From the NCBI GenBank assembly GCA_964016885.1, contig OZ024746.1:96658001-96722000 (forward strand): a stretch of DNA of 64,000 bases, read 5' to 3'. Made by a program: the position numbers and the translations under genes. Below are positions 30,241 to 42,089 of the stretch, in pieces (within the stretch, counting starts at the first letter, position 1; each line of letters begins with the position of its first letter). The notes beneath the pieces were generated by a model that saw only the letters and a list, made by a program, of their open reading frames with translations, did no database searches and was not told the DNA's origin. This DNA is from Eledone cirrhosa (Eukaryota).

Positions 30241-30594
30241 ATAATAAAGTGGGCAAATGGCCCGTAAACAAAGTATAAGTAAATAGCTAGAGACGAATAA
30301 ATAATTGAACATATACAGGAGAGACAAACTAGAAAGACAGACAGATAGACAAAAATAGGTTGAAAATATAGTAAGACTTCACTTATGTAGAAAACATGAG
30401 TGCTGTGTGTGATGGTGGTACACGTATTCACATATCGTACATACCCCCCATACAAAAAGTTTTATAGAGAAATTAAGTAAACAGAAAGAAAAGAGATAGA
30501 ATAAAACTATGAAGTAAAATCATTGCGAATTAGAGAAGATATATACTATATATATATATATCCCCCCCTCCCTCTCTCTCTCTATATATATATG

Positions 30595-30950
30595 TGCAGT
30601 GTAAATGTGCGTGAACGACCCAGCATAAATGTGTTGAGAGAGAAACTGTGTCTGAGAGGGATAGAATGTAGTGTACGGGAGAGGAGACTGAGGTGGTATG
30701 GACATGTGATGCGCATGGAGGATGACCGATGGGTGAAGAAGTGCCAGGAAATGCCAGTTGAAGGAAGACGTGGTAGAGGTAGACCACGAAAAACATGGGC
30801 GGAGGTGGTGAGAACAGACCTCAGATCATTGAAGCTCACGGTGGAGATGACGAGGGACCGTGACGAGTGGAGAGATGCTGTGCTGAATAAGACCCGTCCC
30901 ACCCTTGCAAGCAGGGAAAAGCGGACGTAAAATGATGATGATGATGATGA
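30595..30950 (+). mobile_element. RTE LINE 3' end with (GAT)n tail
   Basis: RERRLRWYGHVMRMEDDRWVKKC..GRGRPRKTW. Confidence 0.9.
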
Positions 30951-30960
30951 TATACACATA

Positions 30961-31060
30961 CAGGGTGTCCCCAAAAATGTATACACACTTCAACAGCATT
31001 CTAGTAAATATTGCCTGTAGACGTAATCAATGTGAATATACATTTTTGGGGGACACCCTG
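30961..31060. mobile_element. Tc1/mariner MITE
   Basis: CAGGGTGTCCCCAAAAATGTATA TIRs, TA flanks. Confidence 0.8.
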
Positions 31061-31072
31061 TATGTATGTATG

Positions 31073-31133
<61 letters not shown>

Positions 31134-31321
31134 TGAAGTTTCCGTTGAAAATTGAAAACGTCAGAGGAATGAAGAGTGCTCTATGTAAGTTACAGAGCTA
31201 AATATTTAATGTATAATAAACAATACAGTATAATTACCTCATTACCAGAGGTTTCCCGAATAAGACGAATACAAGAAACGTCCGCATTCGTTCTGCAGAC
31301 AAGGCAATATATATATATATC

Positions 31322-31470
31322 AGGATGGATTCAGTTTAAAACTGGTTAGACCATTACTCGCCAGAGTACTCAATACTTGGGATAGTTGAGTATGATTATA
31401 TTATAAAGAGTCGGGACCCCGACGGCTGAGCTCATGCCACCGTTTCAACAGCTACCCGACTCTTTATAAT
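31322..31470. mobile_element. TA-flanked Penelope-like fragment (family A) with short foldback
   Basis: TATTATAAAGAGTCGGG/CCCGACTCTTTATAATA IR; homologous to 19541. Confidence 0.6.
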
Positions 31471-31654
31471 ATATATATATATATATATATATGCAGAGGT
31501 TATATTTATATTTGTTGGGATTCAACAAGCTTAAACATTTTTATAACTGATATAAAGCACTTAAATGTAATAACTCCACTGTCCAGGAAGCTCCAACCGT
31601 TAAGGTTGTCTTTTTTTTCCGGGTATGTCAATATTTATTTCTAAAACAAATCTG

Positions 31655-31720
31655 TATTTTATCTGATGAAAGCGCACCATAATTTGCCTTGGTGGCCCTT
31701 GAAATATGTATAATAAAATA
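31655..31720 (+). ncRNA. Minimal type I hammerhead ribozyme
   Basis: TATTTTAT-CTGATGA-AAGCGCACCA..TGGTGGCCCTT-GAAA-TATGTA-TA-ATAAAATA; perfect 8-bp stem I. Confidence 0.72.
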
Positions 31721-31758
31721 AATATGGTTTTATAAATATAGTTTCCATTTATTAATAT

Positions 31759-31791
<33 letters not shown>

Positions 31792-31887
31792 GAAAAAGTA
31801 CTTTTTCCTATTACCCACTCTACTACCCTAAGTATTGAGTACTCTGGTGCGTTATGGTCCATCTGGTTCCTTACCGCAATTCCTTCA

Positions 31888-31932
<45 letters not shown>

Positions 31933-32229
31933 GAGGGGGGGGGGGGATAAGGTAGCGTAAAAACGAATGGGTGAGAGATAAAGATTATGAAGAGAGAATA
32001 TACAGGGGAGGTGAATAGAGGAGGGAAGGAAAGAACACGATAGAATTGAAGGAGAAAGACAAAAATAAACTAAACAGTCTGCGAGGAAGAAAAAAATCAA
32101 TGGTGCGTATGTAAAGAAAAATGTTTCCATGGTAACGATAGTGCAGCAGACTGGCATTTGAAAAAATATTGATTGAGGAGGGAATGGAAATAATGAGCAT
32201 AGCAAGTGTGGAGAGAGAAATTTGTAAAA

Positions 32230-32690
32230 GATATATATGTATATAATATATATATATGTATGTATATAATATATATGTGTATATATATATATATCATATA
32301 TATGTATATATATATATATCATATATATGTATATATATATATCATATATATGTGTATATATATATCATATATATCATATATATATACACATATATATCAT
32401 ATATATCATGCATATATGTACATATATATGTATATATCATATACATATACACATATATATCATATATCATCATCATCATCGTTTAACGTCCATATTCCAC
32501 GCTTGCATGGGTATATATTTATATACATATATATATCATATACATATACACACACATATATATATATATCATATACATATATATATATATTTCATATATA
32601 TATATATCATATACATATAGACATATATATCATATATATATATATACATATTTGTATATATCATAGATATGACTGAAGATAGATATATCA
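32230..32690. repeat. TA/ATC microsatellite
   Basis: Direct inspection. Confidence 0.9.
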
Positions 32691-32695
32691 TATAT

Positions 32696-33005
32696 GGAGG
32701 CACATGGCTTAGTGGTTAGAGCATTGGCCTTGCAATCGAAAGGTTCTGAGTTCAATTCTCAGACCGGGTGATGTGTTGTTTCCTTGAGCAAGACACTTTA
32801 TTTCACATTGCTCCAGTTTTCTCAGCAGTAAAAATGAGATGATAGGGACTGGGGTCCATATCATTCCATTGCAAAGTGGTCGTGGCGGTGCCACGGCAAA
32901 AAAGCACCCAGCACTCACTGTAAATGAGGTTGGTGTTAGGAAGGGCATCCAGCTGTAGAAATCAAGCCAGAATCAGTCCCCGAAAAATGAAATGATGATG
33001 ATGAT
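32696..33005 (+). mobile_element. tRNA-derived SINE (octopus OR-like) with RTE-type tail
   Basis: A-box TGGCTTAGTGG, B-box GAGTTCAATTC, CCTTGAGCAAGACACTT domain, AGGAAGGGCATCCAGC, (GAT)n. Confidence 0.85.
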
Positions 33006-33039
33006 ATATATATATATCATATATATGTATATATGATGA

Positions 33040-34950
33040 TCATCATCATCATCATCATCAGGTTTAGCGTCCGTGTTCCACGCTTGCATGGGTTTGGACG
33101 GGGGTTTTCCCACTTGAGGCAAGAGTGGTTGTCTTGCTCGCATAGGACTGTCTGGCGGGTTTTCTACAGTTGGATGCCCTTCCTAACACCAACCACATTT
33201 ACAGTGTGGGGCTGGGAGGTTTTTACCGTGTTGCCTACACGGCCACATTACAGCGTGGACTGTCTGGCTGGTTTTCTACAGCTGGATGCCCTTCCTAACA
33301 CCAACCACATTTACAGTGTGGGGCTGGGAGGTTTTTACCGTGTTGCCTACACGGCCACATTTACAGCGTGGACTGTGTGTTTTTTGTCGTGACACCTACA
33401 CGATCTCATTTGTTTCGGCCTGGATGTTGTGGGACCAACATAACTTTACATTGAAAGGGGCGGTGTGGGTGGGGTGGAGGTGGTGGGACGGGGGTGTGTT
33501 TTGATAGAGGTGCCTACTGACTGTAGTAGGTTTTTACTTTGTATTTAGGTAAGGCGGGTCTTCTCTATTACTGAGTACCGCCAAAGGTCTCGGTCCAGTG
33601 ACATTGTCTTGGAGAGGTGTAAGCGTGTGAGGTCGGAATTTATCAGCTCGTCCCATGTTTTTCTGGGTCTGCCTACTCCGTGGCTACCGTCTATCTTTAT
33701 TGCCCTGCACTTTGTTATACAGCTGTCGTCTTTCATGCGCATCACGTGACCGTACCAACGTAGCCTTCTCTCGAGTAAACAACATCTGATCCCTCTTATT
33801 TCTAATTTTTTCCTTAGTTCGTTTATGCTTTGCCGTTCACGTATATTACTATTGCACATCCAGCGGAGCATGCAAGCTTCGTTCCTCTCTAGTCTGCGTA
33901 TATCCTCTGCACACAATGCCCAGGTCTCACTGCCATGCAGCATTGCTGTTCGTATGCAGGCATCGTATAACCTGCCTTTCATTTTTAGGGAGAACCCTCT
34001 AGCGGCTAATAGTGGTATAAGCTCTCTGAACTTTTTCCATCCAGTTCTGACTCTAGCTACTGTACTTTCAGAGCACCCTCCCCCACTGCTGATTTTGTCA
34101 CCCAGATAACGGAAGCTGTCCACTATTTCTATAGAACCCTCTGCGCAGTTGAAGGAGCTAGTATTTTGTGGGCACTTGCTGCTACTTATTGCACCAGAGC
34201 ACCGGCCACATGTAAAATCTATGTTCTTAGTTAGCTTACCTGTGATCCCACTACATCTTTTATGCACCCATACTTTGCATTTGGGACATAAAATGGAGTT
34301 TCTACCTACGCCTTTCCTACACACTGAGCATGGCCATTTCCCCGATGGGACCGCCGCCTTATTTTCTTTCCTACAAACTAGAACTTTAGTCTTAGCCAGG
34401 TTAATTTTAAGGCCTTTTGATTCTAGGCCGTGCTTCCACGTTTGGAATTTCTTCTCTAGTTCGGTCATTGATTCAGCTATGAGCGTTAGATCATCTGCGT
34501 ATAGGAGTTCCCATGGGCAGCCGGTCTTGAACTCCTCTGTTATAGCCTGAAGGGCAATAATAAATAGTAGGGGGCTAAGTACAGAGCCCTGATGGACACC
34601 AACTTTTACGCTAAACTCTTCACTATATTCGTTGTTAATTCTAACCTTACTGACTGTTTCTTTATACATGGCTTGTATAGCTCTCACAAGCCATTCGTCA
34701 ACACCTAGTTTTCTAAGAGACCACCAGATAATGGAACGGGGGACTCTGTCGAAGGCTTTCTCCAAGTCGACAAAAGCTAAGTATAGGGGTTTACTTTTAG
34801 CTAGGTACTTCTCCTGTAGTTGTCGTACAATGAAAAGAGCGTCTGTGGTACTTTTGCCTGACACAAACCCGAACTGCATTTCATCTAGATCAATTCTCTC
34901 TCTGATTAGTTGCGCTATTACTTTTTCCGTGACCTTCATGACCTGGTCGA
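33040..34950 (-). mobile_element. 5'-truncated RTE LINE with 3' UTR and (GAT)n tail
   Basis: Contains the 464-aa RT ORF; 3' UTR has tandem sub-repeats. Confidence 0.95.
33545..34939 (-). CDS. RTE reverse transcriptase (N-terminally truncated, uninterrupted)
   Basis: MQFGF, FVDLEKAFDRVP, GVHQGSVLSPLLF, LLYADD, Cys-rich CSVC/CPKC-HKRC/CGRC insert, FRYLG, RLRWYGHV. Confidence 0.9.
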   Translation of the reverse strand: MKVTEKVIAQLIRERIDLDEMQFGFVSGKSTTDALFIVRQLQEKYLAKSKPLYLAFVDLEKAFDRVPRSIIWWSLRKLGVDEWLVRAIQAMYKETVSKVRINNEYSEEFSVKVGVHQGSVLSPLLFIIALQAITEEFKTGCPWELLYADDLTLIAESMTELEKKFQTWKHGLESKGLKINLAKTKVLVCRKENKAAVPSGKWPCSVCRKGVGRNSILCPKCKVWVHKRCSGITGKLTKNIDFTCGRCSGAISSSKCPQNTSSFNCAEGSIEIVDSFRYLGDKISSGGGCSESTVARVRTGWKKFRELIPLLAARGFSLKMKGRLYDACIRTAMLHGSETWALCAEDIRRLERNEACMLRWMCNSNIRERQSINELRKKLEIRGIRCCLLERRLRWYGHVMRMKDDSCITKCRAIKIDGSHGVGRPRKTWDELINSDLTRLHLSKTMSLDRDLWRYSVIEKTRLT

Positions 34951-35141
34951 TTATATGATATATATATATATATCATATATATATATATATCATATATATA
35001 TATATGATATATATGTATATCATATATATATATATGATATATATGTATATACCATATATATGAATATATCATATATATATATATGAAAGCAGGGAAAAGC
35101 GGACGGAAAATGATGATGATGATGATATCACATATATATAT

Positions 35142-36032
35142 ATAAAATTAGCAGTTGAAAATTGTTCGCAATTTTCAACTGCTAATTTTATGCAAATTTT
35201 TTTTACTTCCGTTGTCACTCTTGTCTTCATAAAAACAGTGACTATATTTCCATTATTTATTTTCAGAATAATTGATTATGAATAATTTTGAACCTCCAAA
35301 TTTGTGGACACGGAGTTCTTCTTGGAATCCACGCCGGGAAGACAAATAAGGAAATTTCAGACTTTCTCAGCGTCAGGTGGAAAAGGTCAGAAAGGAATTG
35401 GAAGATTCAGGATTCGACTACGAAGCAACATCAGAGAGGAAAACACATGATCGACGATCTGACGCCTTCAGAATGCCTGAGTTCGTCGCTGAAGTTCAGG
35501 ATATCATCAACAATGAACCTAGCAAGTCGATGCGTGCCATTGCAAGGGAGAAAGGCGTGGATGAAAAGTTTATTAGGCTGCGGGTAGGCCGTACGTGTGG
35601 CAGCAAGACTCAGCGCCCTGCCATACCAGCCGAAAGACCCAAGCCTGGCTGTCAGAGAACTTCGTCGACCACACTTGACCTGACATCTGGCCTCCCAGCT
35701 CGTCTGACTGCAACCCCCTCAACTTTTTTGTGTGGAGCACAATGGAATGAGACACCAACAGATTTAGCTGAAATACGAAAGACGATCTGAAGGCCAGGAT
35801 TACAAGTGCCTTTAGGGGCCTAAGTCGGGGGTCAGTGACGAAGCCCTGTGGCCGGTTCTAAGGCTGCCTTGAAGCTGTCATCAAAGCCAATGGCAGGTTT
35901 ATCGAGTGAGATCGAAAGAACAAGTCATGAAGACAAACTGATCCAAGTTTGATAAATAAATCTTTAAAAAAAAACTACTGTGTTATCTTTTCCTAGACAG
36001 TAATCTTGCGAACAAATATCGTCCACATCCTG
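35142..36032 (+). mobile_element. Internally deleted maT (DD37D) Tc1/mariner transposon
   Basis: HTH-like PSKSMRAIARE; WQQDSAPCH...WPPSSSDCNPLN with 37 residues between the catalytic positions; 3' TIR ...GTCCACATCCTG-TA. Confidence 0.85.
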
Positions 36033-36087
36033 TATATATATATATAGTACACATATATATATATATATATATATAGATATATATATA

Positions 36088-36284
36088 TAGGAAAATGTAT
36101 GACCTCCGACGGCAGAGCTCAAGCTGTTTCGATGGCTATTTCTGGACTCAGAAATAGCTGTCGAAACGGCTTGAGCTCTGCCGTCGGGGTCATACATTTT
36201 CCTATTACCCATTCTACTACCCTAAGTATTGAGTGCTCTGGTGCGTCATGGTCCAACTGGTTCCTTACCACAACTCCTTCGTTA
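36088..36284. mobile_element. TA-flanked Penelope-like foldback (family A)
   Basis: Hairpin 36088-36204 with loop GACT, plus the family tail. Confidence 0.7.
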
Positions 36285-36476
36285 TATATATATATATATA
36301 TATTTATTAAAATAACAGATTAAAGTTTAAGCAAAGAATCGCTGCTTTCACCCTTAACATGTTCTTCTGAAACTAAAAAAATCAAGGAAAACAGGAAGAC
36401 GATACTTTGGTTCGTGAAGATGTTCCCTGGCAATGAACAGAAAAAAGCGAAGATAATACGTCGTTATTTGGAGCAT

Positions 36477-36810
36477 GCAATGTAAATGTGCGTGAACGTC
36501 CGAGCATGGATGTGTTGAGAGAGATAAATTGTTGTGTGCGGAAGAGGAGACTGCGATGGTATGGACATGTGATGCGGATGGAGGATGACCGATGGGTGAA
36601 GAAGTGCCAAGAAATGCCAGTTGAAGGAAGACGTAGTAGAGGAAGTCCACAAAAAACATGGGTGGAGGTGTGAGAGCAGACCTCAGATCGCTGAAGCTCA
36701 CGGTGGAGATGACAAAGAATCGTGACAAGTGGAGAGATGCTGTGCTGAATAGGACCCATCCCACCCTTTAAAGCAGGGAAAAGCGGACGTAAAATGATGA
36801 TAATGATGAT
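36477..36810 (+). mobile_element. RTE LINE 3' end
   Basis: Paralog of 30595-30950. Confidence 0.88.
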
Positions 36811-36973
36811 ATATATCATATATACATGTATGAATGACTCTCCCGTCCATTTCGATGTATGAGAATCTGAACAACCTGTTCAGTTCATTCAGTTTGGCTG
36901 TTTATATCAAGCATGATATTTTAGAATGGCCAAAGATTTACAAGCAAGTTCACAGATCGTGCAAGGGTGAGGT

Positions 36974-37549
36974 TTACTGGATAATGTTGCTGGTATGTTT
37001 GAAAATGCTTTTCTCTTGTAGCCTATGGATACAACCAGACTTGAAATACCTGATGCCATTATGACACACAGATCTCCAGTTCTTTAGATCCAAGGCCACT
37101 TGCTTAAATGTCTCATAAGGTATATTGGTTGCTGAAAGATTATTCCTCAACTTGTCTTTATACCTGAGCCATGGCCATCGAACATTTCTATACCCACCAT
37201 CAAGCTGGCTGTACATGAACACTTTTTGTATTCTTTTGTTACTCATTCTGATGACATGACAAGCCCAGCATAGTTGTGATTTCATAAAGGTTTCAAAGCC
37301 TCCAATTTTACACTTAATGAAGAGGTCAGCAATAAATATTTTGTCTTCGAGAGTATACCCACAGATTGCGTGAAGACATTTATGAAAGGCATCCAGTTGG
37401 TGGATGTGTGACCTATATGGAGTCCAAGATTCTGATCCATAGAAGTACGTGGTCTGTATAACAGCTTTATAAACTAGTGTCTTTGTTTCTAGTTCTATGC
37501 TCCTCTCATTTCCAAAGGTGATGCCAGAGATTGTCAGATGCACTTTCAA
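36974..37549 (-). pseudogene. Degenerate RTE-BovB-like ORF2 C-terminus
   Basis: TKTLVYKAVI..YGSESWT..LDAFH..QLCWACHVIRMS..LRYKDKL. Confidence 0.8.
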
Positions 37550-37812
37550 TCAACTATTAAACCTTCAGTTACCAACCCACCAAAACCAGCTCTGGTTCTA
37601 TGAAATAAAACCTCCCATTTTAAAGGTTTCCAATTTATATTAAAATCTTCCAACATAATTTTATATAAGAACCTTATATCTTTAGTTACTGAGGCAATAG
37701 TACAAAGATTTACTACAACTCAGTTGCTCACGTAGACTCAATAAGAAAACGTTTGAATGCATAACGCGAGCCAACCATTCTCAGAGTGCTAACAACATGA
37801 TTGCATGGAGTA

Positions 37813-37864
37813 TTGCCCTGGACCCATGGGTTTCTGGAAGTGCAGGCTGTATCAGCAGATGCAA
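37813..37864 (-). ncRNA. Degenerate hammerhead remnant
   Basis: UUGCAUCUG-CUGAUAC..-GAAA-CCCAUGGG-UC-CAGGGCAA; palindromic stem III and paired stem I, but damaged core and stem II; second CUGACGA at 37928-37934. Confidence 0.45.
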
Positions 37865-37987
37865 CTCATATTTGCTAGTTACACTGGCCGGATGAGTGCA
37901 ATATGCCTGCCAAATTTCTGCAGAGCTTCGTCAGTGGATGTCAATTACTACTATCAAGAACGTAATATAAGAACCTTATATAAAGTT

Positions 37988-38260
37988 GAAGGCGACGAAT
38001 TGGTAGAGTCATTAGAACGTCGGATAGAATGCTTTATGGTATTCGTTCAGGCTCTCTAATCTCTGAGTTCAAATCCTGCCAAGATCAACTTTGCCTTTCA
38101 TCCTTTTGAGGTCGATAGAAAAAATACCAGTCTAGTACTGGGGTGAATCCTTCATCTCTCTCACTTTCTATCTTTCTCTGGAAGAAATCTGTTGTACTCA
38201 GGCCTGGAGAGGGATGGGCTCCACCAGGTTTAAAATACCCCAAAAATGCTGTATGTCAGT
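37988..38260 (+). mobile_element. SINE of the CRE-tailed family (head and body)
   Basis: tRNA head, Nin-like domain, body matching 26600-26680. Confidence 0.7.
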
Positions 38261-38421
38261 GTATTTCATTAGAAATTTGGCTATGAAAGGGTTAATAATG
38301 ATTATTTTCAAAATCCTTTGAAAATTCTAAGCAGTGTATTTCATAAATATAGTAATGAGAGGGTTAAATCTTGATTCAGTTCATCTAAGTGAAATAGGTC
38401 CTATGATGTAGTTGTCATCCG

Positions 38422-39004
38422 TTAATCCTTTAGCATTTAAACCAGCCGTATCTGGTCAGAACTTTCTCACCTCTTTCTATTCAAACTGGCCACTCATACT
38501 GATGTTAAGGTATTGTTATCAAAATAAATAACATCAAAATCTCATAGACTCTATATTATGTGAGATAATAATGAAAGATAAAGCCTTTACCACAAAAATA
38601 TAATAGTATATATAGAGTAATGTACATGTTAAAGGGTTAAGGAATTGTATAACAACAGAGGAGTTTTATTAGCTTCTAGTGTTAGGGTTTGAATCTTCTC
38701 ATGTACCACTTGGTAAAGTCAGCAAGGAACTATTCCAGTAAACTCTCCTGAATTCTCTAACTACATTATAGGGTGTAGTGAGTGTGTTTCATGACACCAA
38801 CATTAACCCTTTACCATTTACATTACTCTATATATACTATTGTATTTTCATGGTAAAGGCTTTATCTCACATAATATCGAATCTATGAGATTTTGATGTT
38901 ATTTATTTTGAGAACAATACCTTGACATCAACAGGAGTGGCCAGTCATAGCCAGTTTGAACAGAAAGAGGTGAGAGAATTCTGGTTTAAATGCTAAAGGT
39001 TTAA
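38422..39004. mobile_element. Two family 1 piggyBac-like MITEs (about 38422-38640 and 38803-39004)
   Basis: TIRs and core. Confidence 0.75.
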
Positions 39005-39289
39005 AGAGGTTGTCATGTGATTGTCTAGACAGAAGAGTCCCCTCAGACCATATACTGTCTCTGTTCATTCACTAAACACTGTAGTTGCCAGTCTCTCACC
39101 ACAGTTACTTTCAGTGTTGAAGTACTTGTACTGGTAGAGGTGGATCTTTTCTATTATGGCATATTGCCAGTCTGAACAAACTTCTAGCAGTATAAAACAG
39201 TTTGAAATGAGAAGAAAACCATTTGTGCAACCCAGATAATTGACAGACTATATTTTTTACATCATCTTAAATTAATAGAATTAATGTGA

Positions 39290-39625
39290 AACACTTCTTC
39301 CTCGCCCACTAAGACAGTCGTGGGTGTTGAGTTCTCAAATACTCCTTCCAGTGGTTCTTGTCAGAAGCAACCATCTCCAACTGATCTGGCTGGATCCCCA
39401 AGTGAGACCAGCAAAGCTCATGGATTTTATCCAACCATTTTGCTCGCAGTCTATCGCTGGGTCCCCTGCCAGTTGGTTTTGCCAGTAAAATCTGTCCAGT
39501 GATTTTTTCCTAAAACATTCTAACTACATGCCCATAGTATCAGAGCTGTGATCTCTCAATTCAGAGAAGTAGCAGCTCTATCTGGAGTGACTCTCCATCA
39601 ATTCTTTCCTGAGACATTCTAACCC
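39290..39625 (-). mobile_element. RTE LINE 3' fragment
   Basis: Paralog of 16205-16500. Confidence 0.75.
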
Positions 39626-40114
39626 TGATTTTGTAATTTATAACATTGAATATTTCTGTTGATTTCTCACTGTATATGTGCTTGTCAATGGATGGCTGAG
39701 TGGTTAAGATATTTATTTCACAATCATGAGGTCCCAGATCCAATTAAAATGGGTGGCTTTATTTCATAGAACCAGAGCTGGTTTTGTCTGGGTTGGGAAC
39801 TAAAGGGTTAATTCATGCAACTGCTGCTACAAATTTCTCAAACATTCAATTACTTTCAAATATTTAATTTGTTGTTGTTATGTATTTACTTGATTGGTAG
39901 AAACGTGGGGTGATGGTAGTAATTCTATCCTGTTGCCACTTCATATCAATGCATTATTGTTGAATAACAAGCTGAAACCAAACCCCAATACAAAACCCGA
40001 TATTTCTCTATACAAGGAAGTTGCTGTAGAGAGTGAAACCCCTTGGGTTAGCTGATTGTTTTAAATAAAAACTTTTTTTTAAACTGGCAATATTGTAGTC
40101 TTGTTTATCATCAG

Positions 40115-40545
40115 TCATCACCGTTTAACATCCATTTCCTATGCTGGCATGGGTTAGATGAGTTGTCCTGTTGTGAGACAGCTGGATGCCCTTCCTAATG
40201 TCAACCACATTTACAATGTGTACTGGGTGCTTTTTGTTGACACCTACACAACCACTTCACAGTGTTGACTGGGTGCTTTTTATTGAATCCTACTCAACCA
40301 CTTTACAGTGTGGGCTGAGAGGCACTTTTTATCGTGACTCCTACACAACCACTTTACAGTGTGTGCTAGGTACTTTTTATTGAGTCCTACACAACCACTT
40401 TCCAGTGTGGACCGAGAGGCACTTTTTATCGTGACTCCAACACGACCACTTTACACTGTGTGCTTTTTATCGTGACTCCTACAAGACCACTGTATAGTGT
40501 GTACTGGGTGCTTTTTATCGTGACACCTACACAACTGCTTTACTT
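40115..40545 (-). mobile_element. RTE 3' UTR/SINE tail with degenerate tandem sub-repeats
   Basis: GCTGGATGCCCTTCCTAA and repeated ACAACCACTTTACAGTGTG units. Confidence 0.6.
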
Positions 40546-40783
40546 CTGATGTTGTCCCAGAAATAGTTTGGTCTACATGGAAGAAAATTAAAGAACTCTT
40601 GATTGATTAGAAAATAATGACTGACTTGTCAGTTCAACTTTATTGGTCAATGAATTTATGTACAAAAAAAAAAAAAACATTACAAATCAAAACAGGAACA
40701 AAAAAAAATTCAATACATTTTTGTCAATGAAGACCAAAATTATTTATGCCCACACAATAATATCTTAAGAATTAAGAATTCCT

Positions 40784-40981
40784 TAACCCTTTACATTTCT
40801 CTATATATACTGTTGTATTGTTGTGGTAAAGGCTTTACTTCACATAATATCAAATCTATGAGATTTTGATGTTATTAATTTTGAGAACAATACCTTAGGA
40901 TCAGTATGAGTGGCCAGTTTGAACAGAAAAAGGTGAGAGAATTCTGGCAGGATATGGCCAGTTTAAATGCTAAAGGGTTAA
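40784..40981. mobile_element. Family 1 piggyBac-like MITE
   Basis: TTAACCCTTTA ... TAAAGGGTTAA. Confidence 0.78.
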
Positions 40982-41119
40982 ATCCTTGAAGGTTAATCTG
41001 TGCATGTTACTGCAATTTTTTGGGTTTTTTTTACTTTTACAATGTGGAATATGATAAATATAGGGTGATGTGATATATCAAGAAATTCTGTGAGATGATA
41101 CAAAATTTATGCAATGTTG

Positions 41120-41680
41120 TTTACTGTTATCCAATGGGCAGAAAAACAAAATATGCTACTGAACGAGGAGGATACACTGAAACTATCACATTCCCTCCCC
41201 TCAAATGAAACCCTCGTGGCATCCAACAACATCAGGGACCTAGGAGTAATTGTCGATAACAACAGCAAAGTCGACATAACCTGCAGGATGTGTTCCTAGA
41301 TTTTCAGAAGTTCCCAGTCAAGAAGTATCCACACCATTATCCTTCTCTTCTCTATTTTTGTCCAGCCCCACCTTGAATATTGTTGTCCATTGTGGTCTCT
41401 CCACAAGAAATAAAGTATTATGAAAATTGAAGCAATTCAGAAGTCAATCACAAAAAAGACAGACAGCATGACAGGCGCTGACTGTTGGGGGTCAACTAGA
41501 AATGCTCAAACTCTACTCTCTGCTATGTCTGCATGATGTGGAAAATATTCTATCAGCATTGCCCAAATGATGTTGGCATCATCTTTAAAATACACCTAAA
41601 GCTTGGGCTCCATGTTATCCGCCCACGACAAAAATCAAACTCGCATCTCATAACATTATGACACGATTATTTCACCTCAG
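41120..41680 (+). mobile_element. Degenerate CR1-group LINE fragment
   Basis: Collinear with 9970-10605, with stops and indels. Confidence 0.85.
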
Positions 41681-41682
41681 CT

Positions 41683-42047
41683 AATTAGTAAACCCTTCGT
41701 TTCTAAGTATCTCAGAAGACTGAATGGTGAGCGTATTTAAAATAACACACATGGTATCCAGAGCCCAACGTTATTTTAAATACGCTCACCATTCAGTCTT
41801 CTGAGATACTTAGAAATGAAGGGTTTACTAATTCCACATCCACTGAAGAGCAATAGAATTGGTAATTCCCTTTCACTAAATTGTGAAACAGCATTGCCAA
41901 AAGCTGTCTAGGTGTTTGATAGTTGTCACAATTTCGGTTTGTATTTTTTTCTTAATTTATTGTTTTAAAATTAGTCTGGCAAAGCCTATTGTTCATAGTT
42001 AGTATTTTTTTCACCCTAGCGAATCTGGTCCCTTACCATTTGAACAC
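41683..42047 (+). mobile_element. Penelope-like 3' fragment with inverted 5' segment
   Basis: 64-bp IR (41683-41746/41770-41833) immediately followed by an HHR; ends at microsatellite. Confidence 0.65.
41836..41915 (+). ncRNA. Type I hammerhead ribozyme
   Basis: ACATCCA-CTGAAGA-GCAAT..ATTGT-GAAA-CAGC(ATTGCCAAAA)GCTG-TC-TAGGTGT; GUC site; one stem I mismatch. Confidence 0.75.
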
Positions 42048-42089
42048 ATATATGTATATATCTGTATTTATCTCTTTTATATTCAATTA

